DNA from: Roseobacter sp.
GTDB lineage: Bacteria; Pseudomonadota; Alphaproteobacteria; Rhodobacterales; Rhodobacteraceae
DNA: 64,000 bases
Direction of reading: 5' to 3'
Assembly (NCBI GenBank): GCA_045105195.1
Contig: JBGCDG010000040.1
Location: 9,930 to 73,929 of the forward strand
Below the pieces are notes generated by a model that searched no databases, was not told the DNA's origin, and saw nothing but the letters and a program-made list of their open reading frames with translations. Made by a program: the position numbers and the translations under genes. Numbering within the stretch: position 1 is the first letter of the stretch; the number at the start of each line of letters is the position of its first letter. Positions 31,512-41,541 of the stretch are shown here, piece after piece.

Positions 31512-32990
31512 TCAGAGCGCGTAGATGTCAGCGAATTTGTTTTTAAGATATCCGATCAACGGCGCTTCAGAAGGTGTGTGTCCACAGGCTTTAGTAATGA
31601 CATCGCGCGGCGCATAAAGCCCTCCGTGACGTTGTACGTTTTCCCTTAACCAGGAAGTCGCTCCACTGGTATCGCCCTGCGCCAGTGCGTAGTCCAGATC
31701 TGGCACTGCTGCGCGCATTGCCTCGAAGAGGCAGCCGGCATAAACGTTGCCAAGACTATAGGTGGCAAAGTATCCAAACAGACCCACCGACCAATGAACG
31801 TCTTGAAGAACTCCGTTCGAGGACTTGTCGACCTCAAAGCCAAAATCGGCAAGGAAACGGTCATTCCAGGCAGCTTCCAGATCGTTCACCAAAAGATCAC
31901 CCGACATCAAAGCGCGCTCTAGATCGAAGCGCAAAAGCACATGCAAATTGTATTGAATCTCGTCTGCTTCGGTGCGGATGTAGCCGTTAGACACGCGGTT
32001 GACAGTGGCGTAGAACGCGTCTTGGTCAGCAATACCGAAATCACCAAATGCATCCTGCATTTCTCCAAAGAGCCATCCTGTGAAAGCACGTCCACGACCA
32101 ATTTGATTTTCGTAGATGCGACTTTGACTTTCATGCACGCCCATGGACACCCCTTGACCAAGAGGTGTCAGCAGATAGTCCCGGTCGATATTTTGCTCAT
32201 AAGCCGCATGGCCGACTTCGTGAATTGTGGAATAAAAACAGTTGAAAGGATCATGCGGGCTGGTGCGCGTCGTGATCCGCACATCAAGGCCAGAGCCTGA
32301 GCTGAAAGGGTGCACGGCCTTGTCAACGCGCCCATGCGTCATGTCGTACCCAAAGGTTTGCGCAAGCTTTCGCGTCAGTTTCATCTGCGCGGCATCCTCG
32401 AAAACGCCACTGACCTGTTTTGGTGGCGTTGCTTCCAATACCGCCGCACGCAGACGGGTTAATTCAGGACGCAGCGCTCCAAACATGGCATCAAGCTCCG
32501 CGCCCGTGGTCCCCGGCTCATAGTCCTGCAACATAGCATCATAGACATCGCCCGATCCCGCAAGCGCCTGACCTTCTTCACGTTTGAGCGCGATCACCGT
32601 CTCCAGGGTCGGCGCAAAGGCTTGAAAGTCATCCGCTGCGCGTGCTTGTGCCCAGACACCCTGCGCCTCGGAGGTAACGCGCGCAATTTCTGCGGCCAGT
32701 TTCGCTGGGACTTTTGACGCGCGCTCATAACTGCGACGAATATGCCGAAGTTGCGCCAGGGCCGTTTTATCAAGCGATGCTGCCTCACAGGCAGCTAGAC
32801 CATCGGCCACGCGCGCGTCCGTGCGGCGTGCGTGCAGCACGGTTTCAAGGGCAGCGACTTCTCGTCCGCGTTGCGGCGCCGCCCCTTCCGGCATCATGGT
32901 TTCCTGATCCCAACCCAGTCGACCAGCGATGGAAGCTAGCGCCTCGGTGTCGCGCACGTAGTCCATAAGATCAGTATATGCTTGTGTCAT
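31512..32990 (-). CDS. M32 family metallocarboxypeptidase (Taq-like)
   Basis: HEVGHAAYE (HEXXH), HPF, and LQDVHWS motifs are present. The start ATG at 32990 shares one nt with the ctaA stop (TGATG); the longest ORF extends to 33062. Confidence 0.9.
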   Translation of the reverse strand: MTQAYTDLMDYVRDTEALASIAGRLGWDQETMMPEGAAPQRGREVAALETVLHARRTDARVADGLAACEAASLDKTALAQLRHIRRSYERASKVPAKLAAEIARVTSEAQGVWAQARAADDFQAFAPTLETVIALKREEGQALAGSGDVYDAMLQDYEPGTTGAELDAMFGALRPELTRLRAAVLEATPPKQVSGVFEDAAQMKLTRKLAQTFGYDMTHGRVDKAVHPFSSGSGLDVRITTRTSPHDPFNCFYSTIHEVGHAAYEQNIDRDYLLTPLGQGVSMGVHESQSRIYENQIGRGRAFTGWLFGEMQDAFGDFGIADQDAFYATVNRVSNGYIRTEADEIQYNLHVLLRFDLERALMSGDLLVNDLEAAWNDRFLADFGFEVDKSSNGVLQDVHWSVGLFGYFATYSLGNVYAGCLFEAMRAAVPDLDYALAQGDTSGATSWLRENVQRHGGLYAPRDVITKACGHTPSEAPLIGYLKNKFADIYAL

Positions 32991-34141
32991 CAGGATACGC
33001 CTCGCACAGATGTTGATATGGGATAACCGCTCAGGAAACGCGCGCGCAGGATCAGGATCCACACGATCACGGCCAGCGCTTGATGCACGATGGCGATATG
33101 CGCGGGCGCGCCGTAAATCACCGTCACCACGCCAAGAACAGCCTGCAGGAGCATCGCTGCCAAAACGGTGTTAAAGGCAAATCGCGTACGCGGGTGCGAT
33201 GATCGGCGCCCACGCAACCAGACGACCACTGTGAACAGTAGCAACAGATACCCCGTCACCCGATGCATGAACTGCACAAGCCCGGGGCTTTCGAAAAAGT
33301 TGCGCCAGAGAGGTTCAAGCGTCAGAGCCGAGGCTGGGAACCACTGTCCGCCCATCAAGGGCCAGTCGGTGTAACTACGACCAGCGTCAATTCCTGCGAC
33401 CAGCGCGCCAATCAGGATTTGCAGGAAGCAAAAATGTAACAACCCCGTGGCCATCCCCCATTGCTTGGCTTCGCGCATGCGGCGCGCCTGGAGCAAATCA
33501 GGGGCTTTTCGTCCCAGTTCCATAATGTACCAGGCGATGAAGCCGAGAATGACAAATGCCAGCCCCAGATGCGTGGCGAGCCGATAGCTGGCCACATCCG
33601 TCATGCCTTCGCCTTGCGTCACGCCAGAGGCAACCATCCACCAACCAATTGCTCCTTGGGTACCGCCCAACACACCCAGCAGTAAAAGCTTGCCGTGCCA
33701 ACCCACAGGCACCTGCCGCCGGAGCGCAAAGTAAACAAACCCCAGCGCCCAAACAGCACCGATGACCCGGCCCAGCTGGCGATGCCCCCATTCCCACCAG
33801 TAGATGACTTTGAAGTCACCGAGTTCCATCCATTGATTCTGAATCTGGAATTCATCGATTTGCTTATATTTGTCGAACTCGGATTGCCACTCCGCCGCAT
33901 TCATCGGGGGCAAAGCGCCCGTGATCGGACGCCATTCGGTGATGCTCAACCCGCTGTCCGTTAGACGGGTCAACCCGCCCACAGCGATCATGATAAACAC
34001 CAGCGCGAACAGGATCTGCAACCAGACGCGTATCGCGCCACGCACCTCTACACGTCCCCGGTCTATAAGGCCGGGTTGCGCTACTGGTTTTGCGGTTTCA
34101 GCTGTGCTGACTTCTTCAAACAACTTGCGTTTGTTGGCCAT
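32990..34141 (-). CDS. ctaA: heme A synthase (COX15/CtaA family)
   Basis: 383 aa, polytopic, with conserved His pairs in the TM helices (WGHRQLGR, HLGLAF, HRVTGY, HQALAV). Confidence 0.9.
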   Translation of the reverse strand: MANKRKLFEEVSTAETAKPVAQPGLIDRGRVEVRGAIRVWLQILFALVFIMIAVGGLTRLTDSGLSITEWRPITGALPPMNAAEWQSEFDKYKQIDEFQIQNQWMELGDFKVIYWWEWGHRQLGRVIGAVWALGFVYFALRRQVPVGWHGKLLLLGVLGGTQGAIGWWMVASGVTQGEGMTDVASYRLATHLGLAFVILGFIAWYIMELGRKAPDLLQARRMREAKQWGMATGLLHFCFLQILIGALVAGIDAGRSYTDWPLMGGQWFPASALTLEPLWRNFFESPGLVQFMHRVTGYLLLLFTVVVWLRGRRSSHPRTRFAFNTVLAAMLLQAVLGVVTVIYGAPAHIAIVHQALAVIVWILILRARFLSGYPISTSVRGVS

Positions 34142-34224
34142 CGAATACTCTCAAATTCCAGGTGCGGCGACCCTAGGGCCATGGGCAGTGAAGGTCCAGC
34201 GTGACAGCATGCCGCGCGGGGGGC

Positions 34225-34983
34225 CTAACTGTTGCGCCTCGCCGCCCACCGTATCACCTGGCGCAAAATACCATGCATCATTTGCACATCGGCACGGGTC
34301 AGCGGCATACGGCTCCAGAAGTTGCGCAGGTTCAGCCGCATGGACTCTGATTTGTGCGCGGGAAAGAAAAATCCCATCTCATCGAGCTTCTCCTCATAGT
34401 GGCCCGCGAGATAATCAACTTCTTGATGAGATGCCCAAACCGTGCCAGCCATTTCATCAACGCGTGCATCGACCCGCGCCGTAGCGCGCCGCCATTCATA
34501 GGCGGTCAGTAAAACGCATTGCGCGAGGTTCAGTGAGGGAAACTGCGGATTGACCGGTACGGAAATGAGCGCGTTGGCCCGCGCGATGTCCTCATTTTCC
34601 AGACCCGCTCGTTCTGGTCCAAACAGCACCGCCACCTGCTGCCCATCCGCTATTCTGGCGGCTGCGGCACGCATGGCTTCCTCCGGACTGAACACCGGTT
34701 TGGTCAGATCTCTCGCGCGGGCGGTGGTAGCAAAGACATATGCACAATCGGCAAGGCTCTTGGGCAGATCATCACTGAGCTGTGCGTGATCCAGCACGCG
34801 CCCCGCTCCACTCGCCAAAGCCACGGCCGCCGGATTGGGCCAGCCATCGCGCGGCGCCACGATCCGCATCCGGTCCAACCCGAAATTCCACATAGCACGG
34901 GCCGCTGCACCTATGTTTTCACCCATTTGCGGGCGCACCAAAACAAAGGCAGGCGTCTGAGGTAGTTCTATCGGATCCTTCAT
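34225..34983 (-). CDS. SpoU/TrmH-family RNA 2'-O-methyltransferase (TrmJ-like)
   Basis: Contains FVLVRPQMGENIGAAARAMWNFG and SPOUT knot motifs (LFGPERAGL, ISVPVNP..PSLNLAQ). The ATG at 34983 has a GAGG SD; the longest ORF extends to 35037. Confidence 0.85.
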   Translation of the reverse strand: MKDPIELPQTPAFVLVRPQMGENIGAAARAMWNFGLDRMRIVAPRDGWPNPAAVALASGAGRVLDHAQLSDDLPKSLADCAYVFATTARARDLTKPVFSPEEAMRAAAARIADGQQVAVLFGPERAGLENEDIARANALISVPVNPQFPSLNLAQCVLLTAYEWRRATARVDARVDEMAGTVWASHQEVDYLAGHYEEKLDEMGFFFPAHKSESMRLNLRNFWSRMPLTRADVQMMHGILRQVIRWAARRNS

Positions 34984-35117
34984 GGCGGCCTCATACGCGG
35001 CAAAACACATCTGCGCAACGGTCACACCGCAAAGCATCAGAGGCCTGGCGCAATTGCATTTTCATTCGCCCCCAGTTCGGATACTGCTGCAAGTCACACG
35101 ACCCGAAGGACCGCACC

Positions 35118-35738
35118 ATGGAAATGCCTGAAACCCCGCAGCTCTATCTCGTGACCCCAAGTGATTTCGAATTGAGCAGTTTCCCGGATGCGCTGGCCCG
35201 CGTTCTGGATGCGCATCAGATTGCCTGTGTGCGGCTTGATCTTGCAACTCAGGACGAGGACCGGCTGTCGCGCGCAGCAGATGCCTTGCGCGAGATCACA
35301 CATGCTCGCGATATTGCGCTTGTCGTGCGCGATCATTCGGTGCTGGCGGAGCGGCTTGGCCTTGATGGTGTTCATTTATCCGATGCGGCACGGTCTGTGC
35401 GTGCAACCCGAAAAGCGCTTGGCGAGGATGCGATCGTTGGCAGCTTTTGCGGCACCTCCCGCCATGACGGAATGGCAGCAGGAGAAGCCGGCGCTGACTA
35501 TGTCTGTTTCGGACCCGTTAGCCCCAATGAGCTCGGCGATGGCTCGCACGCGCAGCTCGATATGTTTGAGTGGTGGTCAGAGGTCATCGAAGTGCCCGTC
35601 GTCGCAGAAGGGCAGCTTGACGCGGCGCGCATCGCGCAGCTGACCCCCTTCACCGATTTTTTCGCATTCCGCGATGAAGTATGGCAAGCGGATGATCCCG
35701 TGGCACGGCTAGGTCAGTTGATCGAAGCCATGGGCTGA
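35118..35738 (+). CDS. thiamine phosphate synthase family protein (TMP-TENI domain)
   Basis: 206 aa. It begins LYLVTP and contains the pattern VRLD..D....A..L..I.H..D.ALVV.D....A..LG.DGVHL. Confidence 0.7.
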   Translation: MEMPETPQLYLVTPSDFELSSFPDALARVLDAHQIACVRLDLATQDEDRLSRAADALREITHARDIALVVRDHSVLAERLGLDGVHLSDAARSVRATRKALGEDAIVGSFCGTSRHDGMAAGEAGADYVCFGPVSPNELGDGSHAQLDMFEWWSEVIEVPVVAEGQLDAARIAQLTPFTDFFAFRDEVWQADDPVARLGQLIEAMG

Positions 35739-35742
35739 GCCC

Positions 35743-36936
35743 TTAGAAAAAGACCCGTTCCACGCACCAATACGCGCCAACGATCGCGATGATCAAAGAT
35801 CCCGGAATCGATACTGCACGAAACATGACTGCATAGCTGCCCACGGGCGCTTCTGCATCTGACAGATCAGAACGGCGCGCAAGCCAAGCGCATCCCAAGA
35901 GCAGCAAGGCCGCCAGTGCAATAACAGTCAGTTGTCCCAGCTCGACGCCCACGTTGAACCCGATAAGTGCGGGTATGAATTGGCTCTCTGGCAGTCCAAA
36001 ATCTCCGAGGACCGACGCAAAACCCAATCCATGCAGCAAACCGAATCCGAAGATGATGAAGGGCCGCCATCGTGTCAGCCCACGTTGAAAGAGGTTCTCT
36101 ACCGCGACGTAAACAATGGACGCGGCAATCAAAGGCTCCACAATGCTGCCGGGGATGTTTACCCACCCCAGCGCGCCAAGCGCCAGGGTGACCGTATGCG
36201 CCAACGTAAAGGCTGAGACCTGCCACAGCAGCGGCCCCCAGCGGATGCTCAGAAAAAACAGCCCCAGCACAAACAGAATATGGTCCAGCCCCTTGGGCAA
36301 GATGTGATCGAACCCCACCGGAATATAGGCTATGAACGCGGCACCCGGACTTTGCGCATCGCCGCCCACAATTGCGATTTCCGGGCTGCTGTCGCCCCCG
36401 TCAAGATAGCCTGTAAAGGGTTTCTCAACACCTTGTTGCCGCAACACCAACGCCCCGGCGCCGCGCGGCCAGTTGAGCACGACAGCCGTAGCACCATCGG
36501 GGATTTGCCCAACCAGAGACATCTCGGAAATGCGGGGCAGTTCAAAATCAACATCTTCCGGGATGGTCAACTCGGTCTGCATCAGTGTCACCGCGCCATC
36601 CGCGTTCACCAAAGGATGCGCATTCCATATCGCTATGATTTCCGGTGCGCGCGCCGACAGATCACCGGCGTCAAGACCCCGCAGAACGTCATAATCGGCT
36701 GAAGCTGCATCGTCATCGGTATCTGCAACCGCATCGAGGTCCACACCGGCAAGAAAGGCTTCAAGATTGACGCGAAAATCAAGCGTTACTGTGCCATCGT
36801 CAGTGATTGTCATATCCGCAATGGTGGGCAGGACTTCATGCGCAGCGGCACGCGGGCCGCTCATCCATAGAATCACCGTTGACACGAGAACCAAAAGCGA
36901 CAGGTTCAAAAGGGCTGGTAGCTGGGAGTTTCTCAT
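35743..36936 (-). CDS. HupE/UreJ-family Ni/Co transporter with ~200-aa N-terminal periplasmic extension
   Basis: Signal peptide with predicted cleavage AAA|HE. The C-terminal half has HupE-type TM helices (HILPKGLDHILFVLGLFF, LHGLGFAS). Its start ATG overlaps the divergent neighbour's ATG. Confidence 0.8.
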   Translation of the reverse strand: MRNSQLPALLNLSLLVLVSTVILWMSGPRAAAHEVLPTIADMTITDDGTVTLDFRVNLEAFLAGVDLDAVADTDDDAASADYDVLRGLDAGDLSARAPEIIAIWNAHPLVNADGAVTLMQTELTIPEDVDFELPRISEMSLVGQIPDGATAVVLNWPRGAGALVLRQQGVEKPFTGYLDGGDSSPEIAIVGGDAQSPGAAFIAYIPVGFDHILPKGLDHILFVLGLFFLSIRWGPLLWQVSAFTLAHTVTLALGALGWVNIPGSIVEPLIAASIVYVAVENLFQRGLTRWRPFIIFGFGLLHGLGFASVLGDFGLPESQFIPALIGFNVGVELGQLTVIALAALLLLGCAWLARRSDLSDAEAPVGSYAVMFRAVSIPGSLIIAIVGAYWCVERVFF

Positions 36937-37747
36937 GGGTTTCGCACGTCTTTCACTGATGCTTGCTATTTTGTCGGGCAGTCCCGTATTTGGGCATGAA
37001 TTCTGGATCGAGCCTGAACAATATCAGGTTGAAAGCGGCGCGCCACTGGTTGCAGCCTTAAAAAATGGTGAAAACTTCAAAGGTTCGTCTCTCGCCTGGT
37101 TTGACAGCCGTTTTTCGCGTTTTGAGATCGCAGCAGGCGACCGAATTCTGCCCGTCACAGGCCGTATGGGTGACACCCCAGCTTTGCAAAGCACCGCACC
37201 TCAGGACGGTTTGCTGGTTGTACTGCATGAGACGACACCCTCAAGCTTGACGTATCGGGAATGGGAAAAATTTCTGAAATTTGTCGCCCATAAAGATTTT
37301 TCAACAGCCGTTGCGACGCACGAAGCACGCGACTGGCCAAAGACGGGTTTTCGCGAATCTTACACGCGGCACGTCAAGGCATTGATTGCCGTGGGACATG
37401 GGGATGGCTCTGATCGAGCCTTCGGCCTGGAAACAGAAATTATTGCCCTTACGAACCCTTACACGGAAGAGTTTAACAATCAGATGCACATTGAAGTGAC
37501 GTACCAAGGCGCTCCACGAGCGGATGCTCAGGTCGAGGTTTTCGCACGCGCGCCGGATGGCACGGTCGAGGTCAGCCTTGCCCGTACCAACACATCAGGC
37601 CGCGCTACAATTGCAGTGATACCCGGCTTTGAGTATCTCTTTGATGCCGTTGTCTTACGCCCCGCGCCCCAGGCGGACAGCTCCGAAACCGCGCCGCTTT
37701 GGGAAACGCTTTGGGCGGCCCTCACGTTTGCGGTTCCGGCAAAGTGA
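36935..37747 (+). CDS. DUF4198 / CbiK-like (COG5266) periplasmic Ni/Co-binding protein
   Basis: Signal peptide MGFARLSLMLAILSGSPVFG|HEFWIEP. GGGAG lies 6 nt upstream of the ATG at 36935. The longest ORF (36767) is an antisense run-on into the HupE gene. Confidence 0.8.
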   Translation: MGFARLSLMLAILSGSPVFGHEFWIEPEQYQVESGAPLVAALKNGENFKGSSLAWFDSRFSRFEIAAGDRILPVTGRMGDTPALQSTAPQDGLLVVLHETTPSSLTYREWEKFLKFVAHKDFSTAVATHEARDWPKTGFRESYTRHVKALIAVGHGDGSDRAFGLETEIIALTNPYTEEFNNQMHIEVTYQGAPRADAQVEVFARAPDGTVEVSLARTNTSGRATIAVIPGFEYLFDAVVLRPAPQADSSETAPLWETLWAALTFAVPAK

Positions 37748-37793
37748 CGCCTGCGGGCTTGATCCTGTGCGGCAACAGGTTCAAACAGCGCCT

Positions 37794-38687
37794 ATGACCA
37801 AAAAAGCGGATATTCTCTGCATCGGTTCGGTGCTCTGGGACGTGATCGGGCGTTCCGCCAGCGCCATGCGACAAGGGTCAGACGTGCCGGGACGCATCAC
37901 ACGACTACCCGGCGGCGTGGCGATGAACATTGCCATGACGCTCGCCCGGTTTGGCCTATGCCCTGCATTGTTGACTGCCATTGGCAGAGATCCCGAGGGC
38001 GAAGACCTGATTGCCGCCTGCACCGCGCGTGGCATGGAAACCGGGTTGATCTATCGCTCGCAAGATCTACCTACTGACCGCTATATGGCTGTGGAAGGTG
38101 CCAATGGGTTGATCGCCGCGATCGCCGATGCCCATTCGCTGGAAGCCGCAGGAGACAAAATTCTGCTCCCGCTTTCGGACGGCCGACTGGGATCAGACGC
38201 CGCGCCCTACACGGGACTTGTTGCGTTAGACGGCAATCTGACCCTTGAATTACTGACCACCATCGCCAAAAGCCCACTTTTTGCAGCCTCCGATCTGCAT
38301 GTCGCACCTGCTTCCCCCGGGAAGGCAGAACGCCTGACCCCGTTCCTTCAGGCCGGCCGCGGAACACTCTATGTAAACCTCGAAGAAGCCGGACTGCTCT
38401 GCCATGAAAGCTTTACTACATCTCAGGATGCGGCCACGCGTCTGATCGAAAACGGTGCGGCGCGAGTGTTGGTAACCGATGGTGGCGCGGATGCGACCAT
38501 TGGCACAAAGGACGCGATGTTATCACAAACGCCGCCGCAAGTTCTTGTGACTCGCGTCACCGGCGCCGGAGATACCTTCATGGCGGCCCATATCGCTGCT
38601 GAGGCACGCAAACTCTCCCCCGATGCCGCCCTTGATGCCGCCCTCAAAGCGGCCGCCACCTACGTTTCAGGAGAGACACCCTTATGA
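37794..38687 (+). CDS. psuK: PfkB-family carbohydrate kinase, probable pseudouridine kinase
   Basis: Ribokinase-like motifs are present (ILCIGSVLWD, DG.LTLE, TGAGDTF). Its stop overlaps the psuG ATG (ATGA). The start is taken at ATG 37794 rather than the longest ORF at 37629. Confidence 0.75.
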   Translation: MTKKADILCIGSVLWDVIGRSASAMRQGSDVPGRITRLPGGVAMNIAMTLARFGLCPALLTAIGRDPEGEDLIAACTARGMETGLIYRSQDLPTDRYMAVEGANGLIAAIADAHSLEAAGDKILLPLSDGRLGSDAAPYTGLVALDGNLTLELLTTIAKSPLFAASDLHVAPASPGKAERLTPFLQAGRGTLYVNLEEAGLLCHESFTTSQDAATRLIENGAARVLVTDGGADATIGTKDAMLSQTPPQVLVTRVTGAGDTFMAAHIAAEARKLSPDAALDAALKAAATYVSGETPL

Positions 38688-39604
38688 CCACCCTGCCCAT
38701 GCGCCACGCCAATGAAGTCGCAGCCGCCAAAGCGTCCAAGCGCCCAGTCGTCGCGCTCGAAAGCACGATCATAACGCACGGCATGCCCTATCCGCAAAAC
38801 CTTGAGGTAGCAAAACAGGTCGAGGACGATCTGCGGGCCATCGGTGTGACACCCGCCACGATTGCCGTGATTGATGGCACGCTCAACATTGGTCTGGAAC
38901 CGGAGGCATTGGAGGCACTGGCCCAGTCCAAGGGCGTAGCCAAACTGTCGCGCGCGGATATGGCAGCCTGTATGGCGACCGGAGGAACGGGCGCCACCAC
39001 CGTTGCGGCCACGATGATCGCAGCACATCTGGCCGACATTGACGTCTTTGCCACAGGTGGCATCGGCGGCGTGCATCGCGGAGCCGAGAACAGCTTTGAT
39101 ATTTCTGCGGATCTAATGGAATTGGCGCAGACCCCAGTGACGGTCGTCGCCGCAGGCGCCAAGGCGATCCTCGACGTGGACAAAACCCTCGAAGTACTCG
39201 AAACCCAAGGGGTGCCGGTCATTGCTTTCGGACAAGATACCTTTCCCGCGTTTTGGAGCGCCGGTTCAACACTCAAGGCGCCACTGCGGATGGACAGTGC
39301 GGACGTGATCGCACGGGCACATCTGATGCGCGGGAAACTTGGGCTTCCGGGAGGGCAGTTGGTGGCCAACCCGATTCCGGCGCAAGACGAAATCCCCGCT
39401 CTCGAACTGGCGCCCATCATTGCTCAGGCTCAATCCGATGCGGAAACATATGGGATCAAGGGCAAGGCCGTGACGCCCTATTTGCTCCAGCGAATCTTCG
39501 AATTGACAGATGGACGCTCGCTCACAGCCAACATTGCGCTGGTGCGAAATAACGCGCGCCTGGCCGGTGCGATTGCTAAAGCAATGGGCGAACACACACG
39601 CTGA
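38684..39604 (+). CDS. psuG: pseudouridine-5'-phosphate glycosidase
   Basis: 306 aa of the indigoidine synthase A-like family (VVALESTIITHGMPYPQN, ATGGIGGVHRGAE). Confidence 0.9.
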   Translation: MTTLPMRHANEVAAAKASKRPVVALESTIITHGMPYPQNLEVAKQVEDDLRAIGVTPATIAVIDGTLNIGLEPEALEALAQSKGVAKLSRADMAACMATGGTGATTVAATMIAAHLADIDVFATGGIGGVHRGAENSFDISADLMELAQTPVTVVAAGAKAILDVDKTLEVLETQGVPVIAFGQDTFPAFWSAGSTLKAPLRMDSADVIARAHLMRGKLGLPGGQLVANPIPAQDEIPALELAPIIAQAQSDAETYGIKGKAVTPYLLQRIFELTDGRSLTANIALVRNNARLAGAIAKAMGEHTR

Positions 39605-39696
39605 GGGTGAATGCGGCCTGACTGCGTCGTGATACCCATTGTAGTAGGCGGATAAACCCCCTAACTACCCATGGTGCTTAAAGCTATGGAAGACCC

Positions 39697-40413
39697 ATGA
39701 ACACGCCCTTCGACCCTGAATTGAATCCACCGCGAAGAGGTTTTTTGGCACGTTTCCGGTCGAATTTCCTGACCGGTCTTGTCGTCATTGCGCCGGTTGG
39801 CCTGACCATCTGGTTGATCTGGTCCGTTGTGGGGTGGATTGACGGTTTTGTCCTGCCAATTGTGCCGGATAAATACCAGCCCGACAGGATGTTACAGAAC
39901 TTGCTGGGGCTTGATCCCTCGCTGCAAATCGACGTGCGCGGCATCGGCGTTGTGATCTTTTTGTTCTTCACAGTGCTTGTTGGCTGGATGGCGAAAGGGT
40001 TAATCGGGCGTTCGATGATTTCCTTTGCCGAAGGGTTGGTGGAACGCACACCGGTGGTGCGGTCAATCTATTCCGGGATCAAACAAATATCTGAGACTGT
40101 TTTTGCCCAATCAGAACGCTCCTTCGAGCGGGCCTGTATCATCGAATACCCGCGTAAGGGGATCTGGGCCATTGGATTTATTTCAACCAATACCAAAGGT
40201 GAGATTGCAAGGCGTGGGAATGATGGCAATCCGATGCTCAGTATCTTCCTTCCCACGACGCCAAACCCGACGTCGGGCTTTTTGCTGTTTGTTCCCGAGG
40301 ACGACGTGACGATCCTGGATATGTCCGTTGAAGATGCGGCCAAACTTGTGATCTCTGCCGGACTTGTCTATCCGAATGGCAAAGACGATCCACAGGAAAT
40401 CAGCGGCAAATAG
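39697..40413 (+). CDS. DUF502 domain-containing membrane protein
   Basis: 238 aa with N-terminal TM helices (GLVVIAPVGLTIWLIW) and the conserved C-terminal TTPNPTSGFLLFVP motif. Confidence 0.8.
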   Translation: MNTPFDPELNPPRRGFLARFRSNFLTGLVVIAPVGLTIWLIWSVVGWIDGFVLPIVPDKYQPDRMLQNLLGLDPSLQIDVRGIGVVIFLFFTVLVGWMAKGLIGRSMISFAEGLVERTPVVRSIYSGIKQISETVFAQSERSFERACIIEYPRKGIWAIGFISTNTKGEIARRGNDGNPMLSIFLPTTPNPTSGFLLFVPEDDVTILDMSVEDAAKLVISAGLVYPNGKDDPQEISGK

Positions 40414-41454
40414 CTATTGGAACATGTCGACCAGATCGACAGAACTGCGCACGTTCAGATCGTTTTTGTGACTGCGTAGGAAATCATCCGCCGCCCGTTC
40501 ACCGGCCGCTTTGAGACGCGCCAGAGTATAGGGTGTCGGGATGACCTTTGTCGCCACAGAGAGTTCGTTCATCAAAGCATCATCGGCAATCATATGCACT
40601 AGGACCCGGCGCATATCTCCCTCCTTGACCTTGCCCTTCTCTATCAGGCGCTGCACGAATTCGATGGCGCGCAATTCACGCAGCAAGGACGAATTGAAAC
40701 TGATTTCATTGATCCGGTTTTGGATCGCCTGCGCCGTACGCGGTGTTTCATTGCGTTCCAACGGGTTTATGTTGACCACCACAATGTCTTCCGGGAGGGT
40801 CTCATGGAACAGCGGAAATAGCGCCGGGTTTCCGGTATAGCCACCGTCCCAATAATCGTCCGCAAGACCCGTCTTTGGGTCCGTCACCGATACCGCTTGA
40901 AACATGGTGGGTAAACAAGCGGATGCAAGAATAGCGTCGGTGCAGATTTCACTGTCCTTGAATACCCGAACCTTGCCGTTGCGCACTTTGGTGGCACAGA
41001 CAAACAAGCAAGGCCCCTCACCCGTTTCAGCGCAGACTTTGTCATAGTTGAATTGCTCGACAATGGGTCGCAATGGATTGCTGTAAAACGGGCCATACGA
41101 ATAAGGAGAGAACATACGCGACCAATTGTCCGCCGCCTGAAAGGGCCAGGAATACTCCAGTGCTTTCGAGAACCCCGCGAGAGAATTGGGCGTCATCCAC
41201 TGTGGGATTTGCAGATCCGGGCGGGCACCGACTTCTTCCCACAGCCATTTCAAACGTTCCCGCGCACCCTCCCGGCCACCTTCGACCATGCCCGCTTTCA
41301 GAGCGGCACCGTTCAGCGCGCCTGCGCTGGTACCCGAAATCGCTGATATTTCAAGATCTTCGTCACTCAGCAATCTGTCGAGAACACCCCAGGTAAAAGC
41401 GCCATGCGCGCCACCGCCTTGCAGTGCCAGATTTATCCGCTTCTTTTCAGCCAT
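40414..41454 (-). CDS. patatin-like phospholipase family protein
   Basis: Oxyanion GGGAHGAF and nucleophile GTSAG (GXSXG) are present, with the catalytic Asp in DGGYTGN. Confidence 0.85.
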   Translation of the reverse strand: MAEKKRINLALQGGGAHGAFTWGVLDRLLSDEDLEISAISGTSAGALNGAALKAGMVEGGREGARERLKWLWEEVGARPDLQIPQWMTPNSLAGFSKALEYSWPFQAADNWSRMFSPYSYGPFYSNPLRPIVEQFNYDKVCAETGEGPCLFVCATKVRNGKVRVFKDSEICTDAILASACLPTMFQAVSVTDPKTGLADDYWDGGYTGNPALFPLFHETLPEDIVVVNINPLERNETPRTAQAIQNRINEISFNSSLLRELRAIEFVQRLIEKGKVKEGDMRRVLVHMIADDALMNELSVATKVIPTPYTLARLKAAGERAADDFLRSHKNDLNVRSSVDLVDMFQ

Positions 41455-41541
41455 TTACTACATCCCTAGAACTGCCGGACAAAAGTGCACCAGCTGTTGA
41501 TATGCCATTAGTGAAAACGCCTGCCCGGCGCCGGAAGTTCG

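Noticed and set aside
36767-36934. 56-codon N-terminal extension of the DUF4198 ORF, and similar upstream extensions of the pgi, M32, hfq, usg, psuK, SYLF, trmJ-like and XRE ORFs.
   Set aside because: The extensions overlap neighbouring genes and lack SDs. They would bury signal peptides or conserved N-termini. In each case an internal ATG with an SD or a coupling overlap fits better.
40414-41454. Patatin-like phospholipase as a CBASS or other defence-system effector.
   Set aside because: No cyclase/nucleotidyltransferase, E1/E2/JAB, sensor or other defence partner is adjacent. The neighbours are DUF502 and bdhA, so it is more likely a housekeeping lipase or esterase.
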